Assembly (NCBI GenBank): GCA_963681965.1
Contig: OY820579.1
Coordinates: forward strand, 1,152,001 to 1,216,000
Direction of reading: 5' to 3'
DNA length: 64,000 nucleotides
From: a bacterium
GTDB taxonomy: Bacteria > Electryoneota > JAOADG01
Each line of letters starts with the position of its first letter. Position 1 is the stretch's first letter. Below are positions 30,313-40,245 of the stretch, piece by piece. The position numbers and the translations under genes were made by a program. A model generated the notes under the pieces. The model had not been told where the DNA came from, made no database searches, and was given only the letters and a program-made list of their open reading frames with translations.

Positions 30313-31512
30313 TTGTTGTACCCGCCATCTGCGCGAAGTAATGCGCTGTCGCCTTCGCTGACGCTTGCTATTGTCGCCCGGACTGCGCAACTACGCGCCG
30401 AAGGGAAGACTGTTCTATCTCTGTCCGTGGGTGAACCGGACTTTGCTACTCCGGAACCGATCCGCGAAAAAGGGAAATATGCCATCGATCACGGTATCAC
30501 CAAGTATACCGCGGGGCGTGGTACGATCGAATTACGGAAAGCAATCTCCGAGAAACTCTATCGCGATCAGAAACTCCGTTACAATTTAGATCAAATTCTG
30601 GTCTCGAATGGCGGCAAACATAGTATTGCCAATCTGCTGTTAGCGACGATCAATCCCGGCGACGAAGTCATTCTTCCCGCACCCTATTTTCTGGCGTATC
30701 CCGAATTAATCAAATTGGCAGGCGGTATTCCGGTAATCGTTCCGACCGAAGCGCGGTATCGCTATATCTTGAAGCCGAGTCAGTTGAAAAAAGCGATCAC
30801 TCCGAAATCGAAGTTGATTGTCCTTTGCAGCCCTTCGAATCCGACGTCGACAGTGTATACCAAAAAAGATTTTGCCGCACTTGCACCGCTGATGATCGAT
30901 GCCAATCTCTGGATTCTGTCGGACGAAGTCTACGAGCATTTGCTCTACGACGGTCGCGAACAAGTTTCGCCGGCGCATTTCACCGATCTGTTTAAGCGCA
31001 CACTCTACGTCAGCAGTTACTCGAAGACATACGCAATGACCGGTTGGCGATTGGGGTATTGTTGCGGTGATATCAACATCATTGCCGCGGCAGCGAAAAT
31101 TCAAGAGAATATGACGTCATCGCCGAGTGCAATCGCACAGTATGCCGGGATCGAAGCGGTATCGAACGATCAATCCGATCGCGAGCACATGCGTCAGGAA
31201 TTCGAGCGCCGACGCGATTTAATGTATGGCATTGTATCGAAATGGAAGCATGTCACTGTTCCGAAACCGGAAGGGGCATTCTACGTTTTCCTGAAAATCG
31301 ACGATGTCTGGAAAGCGAATGGGAAAGCGTATCCCGGATCGCTGGCGGTAGCGACGCAATTATTGGAAGAGCAGTTGGTTGCCATCGTTCCCGGCGCACC
31401 ATTCGGCGATGATCGTGCGATCCGGCTGTCGTTTGCCGCGAGTGACGAAACCATTATTGAATCATGCAAGCGGATTGAGCAGTATTTGAAGAGTGCCGCA
31501 AAATCTGTGTAA
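30313..31512 (+). CDS. Class I PLP-dependent (aspartate-type) aminotransferase
   Basis: GEPDF, SPSNPT, SDEVY, SKTYAMTGWRLG and PEGAFY. AAGGAG RBS before TTG 30313. Confidence 0.93.
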   Translation: MLYPPSARSNALSPSLTLAIVARTAQLRAEGKTVLSLSVGEPDFATPEPIREKGKYAIDHGITKYTAGRGTIELRKAISEKLYRDQKLRYNLDQILVSNGGKHSIANLLLATINPGDEVILPAPYFLAYPELIKLAGGIPVIVPTEARYRYILKPSQLKKAITPKSKLIVLCSPSNPTSTVYTKKDFAALAPLMIDANLWILSDEVYEHLLYDGREQVSPAHFTDLFKRTLYVSSYSKTYAMTGWRLGYCCGDINIIAAAAKIQENMTSSPSAIAQYAGIEAVSNDQSDREHMRQEFERRRDLMYGIVSKWKHVTVPKPEGAFYVFLKIDDVWKANGKAYPGSLAVATQLLEEQLVAIVPGAPFGDDRAIRLSFAASDETIIESCKRIEQYLKSAAKSV

Positions 31513-31530
31513 TTTGTAGTAGATCTTTTT

Positions 31531-31557
31531 CAGGGCGGAACGTAGTGTCCGCCCGTA
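31531..31557. repeat. REP-like palindrome
   Basis: GGGCGGA/TCCGCCC stem, shared with copies at 32933, 32994 and 27420. Confidence 0.55.
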
Positions 31558-31704
31558 TTTATTTCAATCGAGAGATCAATTCGGAAGTAACAACCGAATT
31601 GAATAGGGTTCGTTTGCGAAACGACCTGTGGACGATATAAAAAACTCGACCTTGAATTTTATGAACGGGACCGTGCAGTAGTCCCATACCGTAAGGAATG
31701 CAAT

Positions 31705-32922
31705 ATGTCCATTTCCCTAATTGCACGTCAAATCGGTGCTTCACCGACTCTGGCACTCAACGAGCGCGCCCGAATCTTGCGCGAAGCCGGACAAGCAGTC
31801 ATTCATCTTGGTGCGGGCGAACCCAAGAATAAGACTCCGATTGCAGGTATTCTCTCCGCAGCGGGACGACTTACTGACGGTGATATCAAATACACTCCGA
31901 CGGAAGGTATCCCCGGTCTACGTAAAGCGATCGTTCGCTATACCGAAGAGAATTACGATAAGATCGTCGCACCGGAAAATATTCTCGTCTCCGGCGGTGC
32001 TAAACAGGCATTGTACAACGTGTTGTACACGATTCTCAATCCGCAGGACGAAGTGATGATTCTGGCACCGTATTGGGTCTCTTATCCCGAAATGGTGAAG
32101 ATGCTGTATGGCGTTCCGGTAATCGTTACCCCGGAAGACGGCACGTTCCATCCCCGGATGGAAGACATCAAGAAGTATGTCACGTCCTACACCAAAGTGA
32201 TCATCTGCAACAGTCCAAACAATCCCTCCGGGTTTGTCTATCGCGATGAATTCATTGCCGAATTGGTCGACTTCTGCGAAACCAAAGGCATCTACCTGAT
32301 CATGGACGACATCTACCACAAGTTGGTATTCGATGGCACCAAAGCCGCTTCGGCATACAAGTTTACTACCAAAGATCTCGAAAATTCGCACATCATCTCG
32401 TTGAATGGCGTTTCGAAATTGTACGGTATGACCGGTTTCCGAATCGGTTGGGTGGTAGCGCCGAAGAAGATGATCGATGTAATGATCAACGTGCAGGCAC
32501 AGACAACCTCGTGTGCGTCTGTTGTCTTGCAAGCCGCAGCGGAAGGTGCGTTGACCGGTGTTCAGAGCGTGATCGAAGGACTTCGATTGATGCTCGAGAA
32601 CAATCGCAATGTCATGGTGCAGGAATTGAAAGCGTTCAACGGAATCCGCATCCAGCAGCCGCAAGGCACGTATTATTGCTTGCCAGATTTCAGCGCGTAC
32701 GATAAGGATTCCACCAAACTGTGCAACTTCCTGCTCGAGAAAGCGCTTGTCGTCACGGTTCCCGGTAAGGAATTCGGAATGGAAGGTCACTTGCGACTTT
32801 CTTATTGCGGATCGATCAAGGATATCAAGCAAGGTATCGAGCGCATCAAGTGGGCACTCGATCCGGATTCTCCGAATGAAATCTTTATCGGCGAACGTAA
32901 ACTTATCCGCGATTGGATGTAA
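31705..32922 (+). CDS. Class I PLP-dependent aminotransferase (second, distinct subfamily)
   Basis: GAGEP, NSPNNPSG, DDIY and SKLYGMTGFRIG. Confidence 0.93.
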   Translation: MSISLIARQIGASPTLALNERARILREAGQAVIHLGAGEPKNKTPIAGILSAAGRLTDGDIKYTPTEGIPGLRKAIVRYTEENYDKIVAPENILVSGGAKQALYNVLYTILNPQDEVMILAPYWVSYPEMVKMLYGVPVIVTPEDGTFHPRMEDIKKYVTSYTKVIICNSPNNPSGFVYRDEFIAELVDFCETKGIYLIMDDIYHKLVFDGTKAASAYKFTTKDLENSHIISLNGVSKLYGMTGFRIGWVVAPKKMIDVMINVQAQTTSCASVVLQAAAEGALTGVQSVIEGLRLMLENNRNVMVQELKAFNGIRIQQPQGTYYCLPDFSAYDKDSTKLCNFLLEKALVVTVPGKEFGMEGHLRLSYCGSIKDIKQGIERIKWALDPDSPNEIFIGERKLIRDWM

Positions 32923-32930
32923 TCGATTTT

Positions 32931-33020
32931 ACGGGCGGACTTCTCTGTCCGCCTGCTTTCAATCTTGTTCATTGATCATCTTTTGGATCTTTAGTAGGGG
33001 CGGATCCCCGTATCCGCCCG
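32931..33020. repeat. Two REP-like palindromes, one with a GTAG foot
   Basis: GGGCGGAC-TTCTCT-GTCCGCC and GTAGGGGCGGAT-CCCCGT-ATCCGCCC. Confidence 0.6.
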
Positions 33021-33111
33021 CTCTTTGATCCTTTTTTTCGTTAGGGTGTATTATAATCCGCCCGAATCTTTTTTCCGATTTATCGCAATCGAGGGAGTAA
33101 CAAACAGCAGT

Positions 33112-33813
33112 ATGAACCAAAGCGATCGACCAAGTCATCGTGGATTCGATATTCTGAAACGATGCTTCGATTTTCTGATCACCTTCATCGCTTTTCTGAT
33201 CATACTGCTCCCGATTGCGCTGGTAGCACTGGTGGTCAAATTGACATCGCCGGGCAAAGTGTTCTTTTTACAGGATCGAATCGGTCGCAATCGGAAACCA
33301 TTCAAGATGATCAAATTCCGGACGATGGTCACCGATGCTCAGAAGATCGGACCGTCGGTCACCAGCAAGGACGACAACCGGATCACCGGGATTGGTCGCA
33401 TTCTCCGGCGCACGAAGCTGGACGAATTGCCGGAATTGTGGAATGTGCTGGTTGGCGATATGAGTCTGGTCGGACCGCGTCCCGAAGTGAAAAATTATGT
33501 CGATTTTTATCGACCGGAATGGGAACGTGTATTCGATGTTCGACCGGGCATTACCGATTTGGCGACGTTGCAGTTTCGCGATGAAGAGTCGGTGCTGGCG
33601 GGTGCGAAGGATCGCGAAGCCGCGTACATCCAGATCGTAGTGCCGATCAAAATGAAATTGGCGCTGGAGTATGTCGACCGCCGGAGCATCGGATTAGATC
33701 TGGCGATTCTGTTTCGCACGGTGTGGGGCATCACGTTGGGTCGAATTCTGATGAAACCGAACGACGATCTTGCGGAAGCTGCCCGCAAGCAGGTCGAAGA
33801 AATGAAGTCGTAA
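33112..33813 (+). CDS. Bacterial sugar transferase (monotopic phosphoglycosyl transferase)
   Basis: KRCFD, KFRTM, RRTKLDELP, GDMSLVGPRP and PGIT. Confidence 0.93.
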   Translation: MNQSDRPSHRGFDILKRCFDFLITFIAFLIILLPIALVALVVKLTSPGKVFFLQDRIGRNRKPFKMIKFRTMVTDAQKIGPSVTSKDDNRITGIGRILRRTKLDELPELWNVLVGDMSLVGPRPEVKNYVDFYRPEWERVFDVRPGITDLATLQFRDEESVLAGAKDREAAYIQIVVPIKMKLALEYVDRRSIGLDLAILFRTVWGITLGRILMKPNDDLAEAARKQVEEMKS

Positions 33814-33926
33814 TTTTTGTCATTGCGAATCCGTTAGCTAACGGATATGGCAATCTGCGACGGTAGATTGACATCTCAACATAGCTGTTCGAGATATTAG
33901 AACTCTAATATTATTGAGAAAAATTT

Positions 33927-34907
33927 ATGTTGGGTAAGACAATCCTAATTATTTTTGTTTCTCTAACTGCAACAAACTGTTTGCATGCGGATGACTGTCT
34001 TCATTTGTTTTTTAGCAAGAAATATCAGGACGCAATCGATTGTTACCTAAGTAGAAATGAAACAGAAAGATCTAGTTTTGACGAGGAAAGAATCATTCTA
34101 TGCAATATTCAACTAGGAAATTATGAAAAAGCTGAATCGCAAATAAATAAATTTTTTATTAAAGACTCTAGCAATTCAAGTTTTTGCTCTGAGCTTTCTT
34201 TTTCTTTCTTCGATAAACAACAATATCAAAAAGCGATTCAATGGTTAAAAAATCAGATTAAAATAGAAGTAAAGGATCAAGAAAGAAATAAATTATCTCT
34301 TTGTAGATCGCTGATTTCAATTGGAACAATCTATGAGCAAAATCTAAATGATCACAATAAGGCAATTGAATTTTTTAATTTTGCAAATAAACTAGGGTAC
34401 CCGTATCCATTAGAATACGTGTTTGAAAATGAAGGCTGGTATTATATCACTAAGAACAAAACCGAGTATTTCTATTTTCTGAAAAAGAGCATCCAAAAAA
34501 AAGATACGAATTATCTTTGTTGGATAATGACTTATTGGGATGGTAGAAAATCAGGAAATTATTTTCTTGATGATCTTATGGATTGTCGAGTGATAGATTC
34601 GACGTATTCTTTATTTCCTGATTTGAATATTGATTCTTGTATGAATTTGTATTATTCATCGGTGGCTGCCATCGCAAAAGAAAAAGAAAATCATGTTAAA
34701 ACAAAAAATCTATACGAATTTGATTTAGTTAATTCGAGATTACGATTAATTCAATTTATTAATTATGATGCGTTGGAAGAGGTTAAAGCAGGCAGTGTAA
34801 TCGATCTTAAAAAAGAACCGAATGAGGGCTGGGAATATACAACGCCGAATAGCATTGGCGAATTATGGTTGGATTGCGTAAAAAATCAGGTTCGAAAGAA
34901 GAAATGA
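33927..34907 (+). CDS. Low-GC exported TPR-like protein
   Basis: Signal peptide, TPR-like helices (KKYQDAIDCY, LGNYEKAE, QQYQKAIQW) and AT-rich codons. Confidence 0.7.
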   Translation: MLGKTILIIFVSLTATNCLHADDCLHLFFSKKYQDAIDCYLSRNETERSSFDEERIILCNIQLGNYEKAESQINKFFIKDSSNSSFCSELSFSFFDKQQYQKAIQWLKNQIKIEVKDQERNKLSLCRSLISIGTIYEQNLNDHNKAIEFFNFANKLGYPYPLEYVFENEGWYYITKNKTEYFYFLKKSIQKKDTNYLCWIMTYWDGRKSGNYFLDDLMDCRVIDSTYSLFPDLNIDSCMNLYYSSVAAIAKEKENHVKTKNLYEFDLVNSRLRLIQFINYDALEEVKAGSVIDLKKEPNEGWEYTTPNSIGELWLDCVKNQVRKKK

Positions 34908-35353
34908 ATTCCACATCTTTTTTTGCATTTTATGGGGCATTTGTAGCTACTGCGAATGTAGCGTGGAATATTTATTTATATATTAATGAAAGACCCCAAT
35001 TAAAAATCACTGGTATGATTGCATGGGTAATTCAAGGTGGAGTAAGACAAGAAAAAAAAGAGTTTTTTATCACGATAACGAATTTGAGTAAAAGACCTAT
35101 TACGATTAGTAGTGTTGCGGGTTTGAATTATGATGGAAGTACAATAGTATCAAAACCTGCAATGAATGAATGTCCAAAAGAACTGTTCGAGGGGCATCAA
35201 TTAAAATTCACATTTGGTTATGCGGATTGTATAAATGAAAAATTAAAACAAATTCGTGTTTGGGATACTAAAGGCAAATGTTGGTTATTTCCAGAAAAAG
35301 AGCTCGAGTTGTTGAAACACCAAAATCTTATTGCTGTGAATCAAGATAAGTGA
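34904..35353 (+). CDS. Low-GC hypothetical protein with an N-terminal TM helix
   Basis: ATGA overlap with the preceding ORF and a hydrophobic N-terminus. Confidence 0.65.
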   Translation: MNSTSFFAFYGAFVATANVAWNIYLYINERPQLKITGMIAWVIQGGVRQEKKEFFITITNLSKRPITISSVAGLNYDGSTIVSKPAMNECPKELFEGHQLKFTFGYADCINEKLKQIRVWDTKGKCWLFPEKELELLKHQNLIAVNQDK

Positions 35354-35430
35354 ATTTTATCGCAGAGATTCAATAAAACTAATTGTTATTGTGAATTGAT
35401 TTTTCCATCGATCATTTTATGAGGTTCTGA

Positions 35431-37071
35431 ATGAACAATCTCTTAAACATCGTCACTCCTGCCGAGAAGGAAGCGCAGGCGCTGAAAGCCGATTACGGCT
35501 TGAAGTATCTCGGACTGGACAATCTCCGCAAGGTCTATTGGAACCTGCCGATGGAAGCGCTCTACGAAGAGATCGTCTTCCGCCGGGAAGCGCGCATTTC
35601 GCACGAAGGACCAATCCTTGCCTTTACCGGTAAGCATACCGCGCGCGCTGCCAACGACAAATTTGTCGTCGCCGAACCGACCACCGAAAAAAATATCTGG
35701 TGGGGTGAATACAATCGACCGTATCAGCGCGATAAATTCAATGAGCTGTTTTCGCGAATGCAGGGCTTCTGCCAAGGTCGCGACCTGTTCGTGCAGGATG
35801 TCTACGCCGGTGCCGATCCTAATTACCGGATGCCCGTCCGGGTCGTGACGGAACTCGCGTGGCACAGCCATTTCGCACGCAATATGCTGATCACGCCGAC
35901 TTCGTTGGATGAATACAAGCGCTTTGTCCCGGAATTTACCGTCTTCTGTATGCCCGGATTTCAGGGCATTCCGCAGATCGACGGGACGAATACCAAGACC
36001 TTTATCGTCCTCAATTTCGAACAGAAGATGTGCATCATCGGCAACTCGGCATACGCCGGCGAAATCAAGAAATCGGTCTTCACGATTCTGAATTTCTTGC
36101 TGCCGTTCCAGCAGGTGATGCCGATGCACTGTTCCGCCAACATCGGCAAGGACAAGCGTTCCGCCCTCTTCTTCGGTCTCTCCGGAACCGGTAAGACGAC
36201 GCTATCCGCCGATCCGAATCGCAGTTTGATTGGCGACGACGAGCATGGTTGGAGTGAAGAAGGTATCTTCAATTTCGAGAATGGCTGCTATGCGAAAGTG
36301 ATTCAACTTTCCGCCACCGCCGAACCGGAAATCTACGAATGCACGCATAAATTCGGCACGATTCTCGAAAACGTCACCATCGATCCGATCACTCGTAAAA
36401 TCGATCTTGACGACGAATCATTGACCGAAAACACGCGCGCGAGCTATCCACTCGACTTCATTGCGAACGCCGTTCCCGAGAAGATGGGTGGACATCCCAA
36501 GAACATCATCTTCCTGACCTGCGATGCCTCCGGTGTGATGCCTCCGATTGCGAAATTGACGATCGAACAAGCGATGTACCACTTCATCAGCGGTTACACG
36601 TCGAAGATTGCCGGTACCGAAGTCGGTCTTGGCACCGAACCGGAAATCACGTTCTCGACCTGCTACGGTGGTCCGTTCATGGTGCATCATCCGGCGAAGT
36701 ATGCCGACTTATTGAAGAACAAGATTCTTCATTACGGTTCCGATTGCTGGTTGGTCAATACCGGTTGGGTCGGTGGTCCATACGGTGTCGGTCATCGAAT
36801 TTCGATCAAGTATACCCGCGCGCTTTTGAATGCGGCACTCGACGGCAAGTTGAACGACGTCGAATTCTACAAGGATCCGATCTTCGGTTTCATGGTTCCC
36901 AAGACTTGCGACGGCGTTCCCGAAAAGGTGATGTATCCAAGTGAAGAGTGGCACGATAAGAAGGATTACGATCGACGTTATCGTTCGCTCGCGGCACGAT
37001 TCATCGAGAACTTCAAGAAGTTCGCCGACGGCTGCACCCCCGAAGTGATTGGTGCCGGTCCGAAAATTTAA
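35431..37071 (+). CDS. pckA: Phosphoenolpyruvate carboxykinase (ATP)
   Basis: YAGEIKKSVF, MHCSAN, FFGLSGTGKTTLSAD, LIGDDEHGW, TENTRASYP and WLVNTGW. Confidence 0.97.
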   Translation: MNNLLNIVTPAEKEAQALKADYGLKYLGLDNLRKVYWNLPMEALYEEIVFRREARISHEGPILAFTGKHTARAANDKFVVAEPTTEKNIWWGEYNRPYQRDKFNELFSRMQGFCQGRDLFVQDVYAGADPNYRMPVRVVTELAWHSHFARNMLITPTSLDEYKRFVPEFTVFCMPGFQGIPQIDGTNTKTFIVLNFEQKMCIIGNSAYAGEIKKSVFTILNFLLPFQQVMPMHCSANIGKDKRSALFFGLSGTGKTTLSADPNRSLIGDDEHGWSEEGIFNFENGCYAKVIQLSATAEPEIYECTHKFGTILENVTIDPITRKIDLDDESLTENTRASYPLDFIANAVPEKMGGHPKNIIFLTCDASGVMPPIAKLTIEQAMYHFISGYTSKIAGTEVGLGTEPEITFSTCYGGPFMVHHPAKYADLLKNKILHYGSDCWLVNTGWVGGPYGVGHRISIKYTRALLNAALDGKLNDVEFYKDPIFGFMVPKTCDGVPEKVMYPSEEWHDKKDYDRRYRSLAARFIENFKKFADGCTPEVIGAGPKI

Positions 37072-37094
37072 TTGACGTCTTTGCGATAAATGAG

Positions 37095-37122
37095 AATGGA
37101 CGGGTTTTCACCCGTCCATTTT
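37095..37122. terminator. Bidirectional terminator
   Basis: Perfect 10-bp stem AATGGACGGG/CCCGTCCATT between convergent genes. Confidence 0.8.
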
Positions 37123-37148
37123 CGTACAAAAAAAAACAGCGAAGAATG

Positions 37149-37820
37149 TTACTTTTCTTTTTTCTTCTCGTCGTACATATTCGAAACATTCCCAACCATT
37201 TCGGCAGACGGAGTCAGCGTTGCATCCCCTTCGTCTTTCCACTTTGCCGGACAGGCTTTTTCCGGATGCTTCGAGATCATCAAGCACGCCTTGAAGCGTC
37301 GCATCAATTCGTCCATATTGCGACCGAGCCAATCAATGTGCTCTTCCTTGACAACCAACTGTCCCTGCGGATTGATGATGTAAGTACCGCGACGCGCATA
37401 CCCTTGATCGGCAACATAAACACCGAACAATTCCGCCAATTCGCCGGTCGGATCGGCACCCATCGGGAACTTAACGCCATGTAAATGTGCTTCGTCGCGT
37501 TGCCATGCCAAATGCACGAATTTCGTGTCGCAGCTAACGGAAATTACTTCGGCGCCCATTGCCTTGAAACGATCGTACTGCTCGCCGAGTGCGGTCAATT
37601 CGGTGGTGCAAACAAACGTGAAATCGCCGGGGTAAAACACCAGGATTGTCCATTTTCCGGCAGCTTTCAGATCGGCATAATTGATATTTCCAAAGCCCTT
37701 CTTTACCGGATCGAACACATCGATCGAAAAATCAGGTACATCGTCGCCAATTGCCAACGGTTTAAGTTCTTCGCAACCACAGCAGGAATCGTCGCAACAG
37801 CAGTTTTGTTCTTCACTCAC
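37149..37820 (-). CDS. ahpC: Peroxiredoxin, AhpC/Prx1 type
   Basis: FYPGDFTFVCTTE, HLAW, RGTYIINP, GRN and ACPAKW. GTG start with a GGAG RBS. Confidence 0.85.
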   Translation of the reverse strand: MSEEQNCCCDDSCCGCEELKPLAIGDDVPDFSIDVFDPVKKGFGNINYADLKAAGKWTILVFYPGDFTFVCTTELTALGEQYDRFKAMGAEVISVSCDTKFVHLAWQRDEAHLHGVKFPMGADPTGELAELFGVYVADQGYARRGTYIINPQGQLVVKEEHIDWLGRNMDELMRRFKACLMISKHPEKACPAKWKDEGDATLTPSAEMVGNVSNMYDEKKKEK

Positions 37821-38073
37821 GCGTTATCTCCTTGTTTGAAAGTGAATCCAACTAGTTAAAAATTAACAAACATTCACAATAAAATACGGATCAAAATTAC
37901 CTTTTGTTCCCTAACTGATAAGCGATACGTAATCAATTACCCGGCTATTTGAATATGATTTTCGATCCAGTACCACTTCTTTTTATTTCGTTTTGCATCG
38001 TATCGTTTCATTGATAGACAGAACTAATTAGATTCCTTGCAACAAGAGTAAAGAAAATGGGGGAGGACTAATA

Positions 38074-38466
38074 ATGTTTGTTTCATTGTTAATCAGTTCG
38101 TTGCTGCTCTCCGCGGCAGTATGTATCGTGATAAATCTAATTTTCCGGAAGACCGTACACGGATTACTCCAACGGACCGTACCGGAAGATTTAGCCGCTG
38201 CATTCCAACGCTATCTTCAGTTTGCCATTTATGTCATCGGTATCGGCGGTGGCGTCAGGTTCTACCAAATCGAACGATACGTGTACCCATCCGATCCCGA
38301 TAAAAACGGAAAAATTACCCAGATTGTACTGAATAGCGATCGGTGGACGCTGGAAATGGTCCGAACGGTAATCGAAACCTTACAATCGATCGCTTGGTTA
38401 TTGTTTCTTTTCTTCCTCATCATGCTGATTGCGTATTTGATTGTATCGAATCGAAAACAACACTAA
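38074..38466 (+). CDS. Hypothetical membrane protein
   Basis: GGAGG RBS and 3 hydrophobic segments. Confidence 0.75.
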   Translation: MFVSLLISSLLLSAAVCIVINLIFRKTVHGLLQRTVPEDLAAAFQRYLQFAIYVIGIGGGVRFYQIERYVYPSDPDKNGKITQIVLNSDRWTLEMVRTVIETLQSIAWLLFLFFLIMLIAYLIVSNRKQH

Positions 38467-38668
38467 TTCAATCTAAAAATTCATTCGTAACGCTTACCCT
38501 CAGTTTGGTTTCAGTGATTGGGCTCTGAAGTACATGGGAGCACAACCAACAAATCCGAAAATGTGTTCGTACCATAAATAATCGACTTCGAATAATTAAA
38601 GTTCGAATTAATTATTGGCATTGTTTATACAGGATTAAGATCAGACTGAGCAGGTCTCGGAGGGTAAA

Positions 38669-39256
38669 ATGAAGAAAGCTTCTCTTTTCGCAGTACTTAG
38701 TTTCGCAATAATGGCGAGTGTGGCAGCAGCTGCCGAATGGCAAATCGATGTGATGCATTCCAATGTCGGATTTTCGGTCAAACATATGATGATTTCCACC
38801 GTTCACGGAAATTTCGGAAAGTATGCCGCTAAGGTTGTATTTGACGATGCAAAACCGGAAAACTCGACTTTTGAAGCGACGATTGACGCGAGTTCAATCA
38901 ATACCGGGGTCGAAATGCGGGATAAGCATTTGAAATCTCCCGATTTCTTCGATGTTGAAAAGTATCCCTCGATTTCGTTCAAATCGACCAAAGTTATTGC
39001 CTTGGGTGAAGGAAAATTGAAAGTACTCGGTGATTTAACCATCCACGGCGTCGCCAAGTCGGTAACCCTTGAAGGGGAAGGTTTTTCTCCGGTGATCAAA
39101 AATATGCAGGGCGGTCTTTCAGCGGCAGCAACTGCGTCGACCACGATCAATCGAAAAGATTTCGGGTTAGTCTGGAATCGAAATCTGGACAATGGAAACA
39201 TGGTCGTCGATGAAAATGTGAAGATAACTTTAGAGCTGGAATTGGTGAAAAAGTAA
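38669..39256 (+). CDS. YceI family protein
   Basis: Signal peptide, HSNVGFSVKHMM, RDKHLKSPDFFDV, GDLTIHG and INRKDFG. Confidence 0.93.
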   Translation: MKKASLFAVLSFAIMASVAAAAEWQIDVMHSNVGFSVKHMMISTVHGNFGKYAAKVVFDDAKPENSTFEATIDASSINTGVEMRDKHLKSPDFFDVEKYPSISFKSTKVIALGEGKLKVLGDLTIHGVAKSVTLEGEGFSPVIKNMQGGLSAAATASTTINRKDFGLVWNRNLDNGNMVVDENVKITLELELVKK

Positions 39257-39277
39257 ACCAGCAATCGAGCAATGGAG

Positions 39278-39302
39278 AAGGGCGCTTCTTGCGCCCTTTT
39301 TT
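39278..39302 (+). terminator. Intrinsic terminator
   Basis: AAGGGCGC/GCGCCCTT stem followed by a T run. Confidence 0.8.
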
Positions 39303-39435
39303 AATTTTGGAGCATATTTTCTTCTAAAGCCAGATATTCGGTTCGGAAGTATCGAAAAACAGTTTGGTTCCCTCGAAATTGTTGCTTATTGTAATGTATT
39401 GTCACGGTTTTCATCGCTTCTATTCAAGGACAAAC

Positions 39436-40194
39436 ATGATTCCCCCGAAAGAACGATTTACCAGTCGTGTCGAAAATTATGTGAAGTATCGACCACACTA
39501 TCCGCAACAATTACTCAGTTTACTCCGCGTCGAGTGTGGTATCGATTCCTCATGGGTGATTGCCGACGTCGGGAGTGGAACGGGAATCTCGAGCGAACTT
39601 TTCCTCTTCAACGGCAATCGAGTGATCGGTGTCGAACCGAATTCCGCGATGCGCGAAGCCGGCGACGAATATCTTGGACGATACCACAAGTTTATTAGTA
39701 TCGACGGGTGCGCCGAACAAACGAATCTCCCCGATGAAAATGTGGATATGATTATTGCAGGGTCGGCGTTTCATTGGTTCGATTTGGACGCGGCGAAAGT
39801 CGAATTCAAGCGAATTTTAAAGCCAGGCGGCTTGGTCGCACTGATGTGGAATTCCAGTATAAAGAACGAACCATTCATGATGGATCTGATAAAGACCGTT
39901 AAAAAGTACAATGTCGAACACGATGTCGAAAATAAATATCATCACGAGCGTGAGAAGATCGTACGTTTCTTCCATCCGAATGAATTTCGAGAATTCAATT
40001 TGCCGAATCAGCAGTATTTCGATTTCGATGGTTTGATTGGTCGTGTCTGTTCAATGTCTTACTCACCCTTACCGGGTCACCCATTTTTTGTGCCGATGTC
40101 GGTTGATTTAAAAAAAGTATTCGGTAAATACAGCTCGGACGACGAAGTGAAATTCGAATATTCGACGAATATTTATATCGGTAAGATCAAATAA
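39436..40194 (+). CDS. Class I SAM-dependent methyltransferase
   Basis: YVKYRPHYP, ADVGSGTG, GVEPN, AFHWFD and RILKPGG. Confidence 0.92.
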   Translation: MIPPKERFTSRVENYVKYRPHYPQQLLSLLRVECGIDSSWVIADVGSGTGISSELFLFNGNRVIGVEPNSAMREAGDEYLGRYHKFISIDGCAEQTNLPDENVDMIIAGSAFHWFDLDAAKVEFKRILKPGGLVALMWNSSIKNEPFMMDLIKTVKKYNVEHDVENKYHHEREKIVRFFHPNEFREFNLPNQQYFDFDGLIGRVCSMSYSPLPGHPFFVPMSVDLKKVFGKYSSDDEVKFEYSTNIYIGKIK

Positions 40195-40245
40195 AAAAAA
40201 CGGGCACAGCATCCTGCGCCCGTTCGCTATACGTAGTAAAATATC

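Noticed and set aside
31918-32832. 304-aa antisense ORF (also 35443-36129 and 24098-24730)
   Set aside because: These are shadow ORFs produced by codon bias of well-supported sense genes.
33830-33846. Integron attC site (GTTAGC/GCTAAC)
   Set aside because: It does not fit RYYYAAC...GTTRRRY order or spacing, and no integrase is present.
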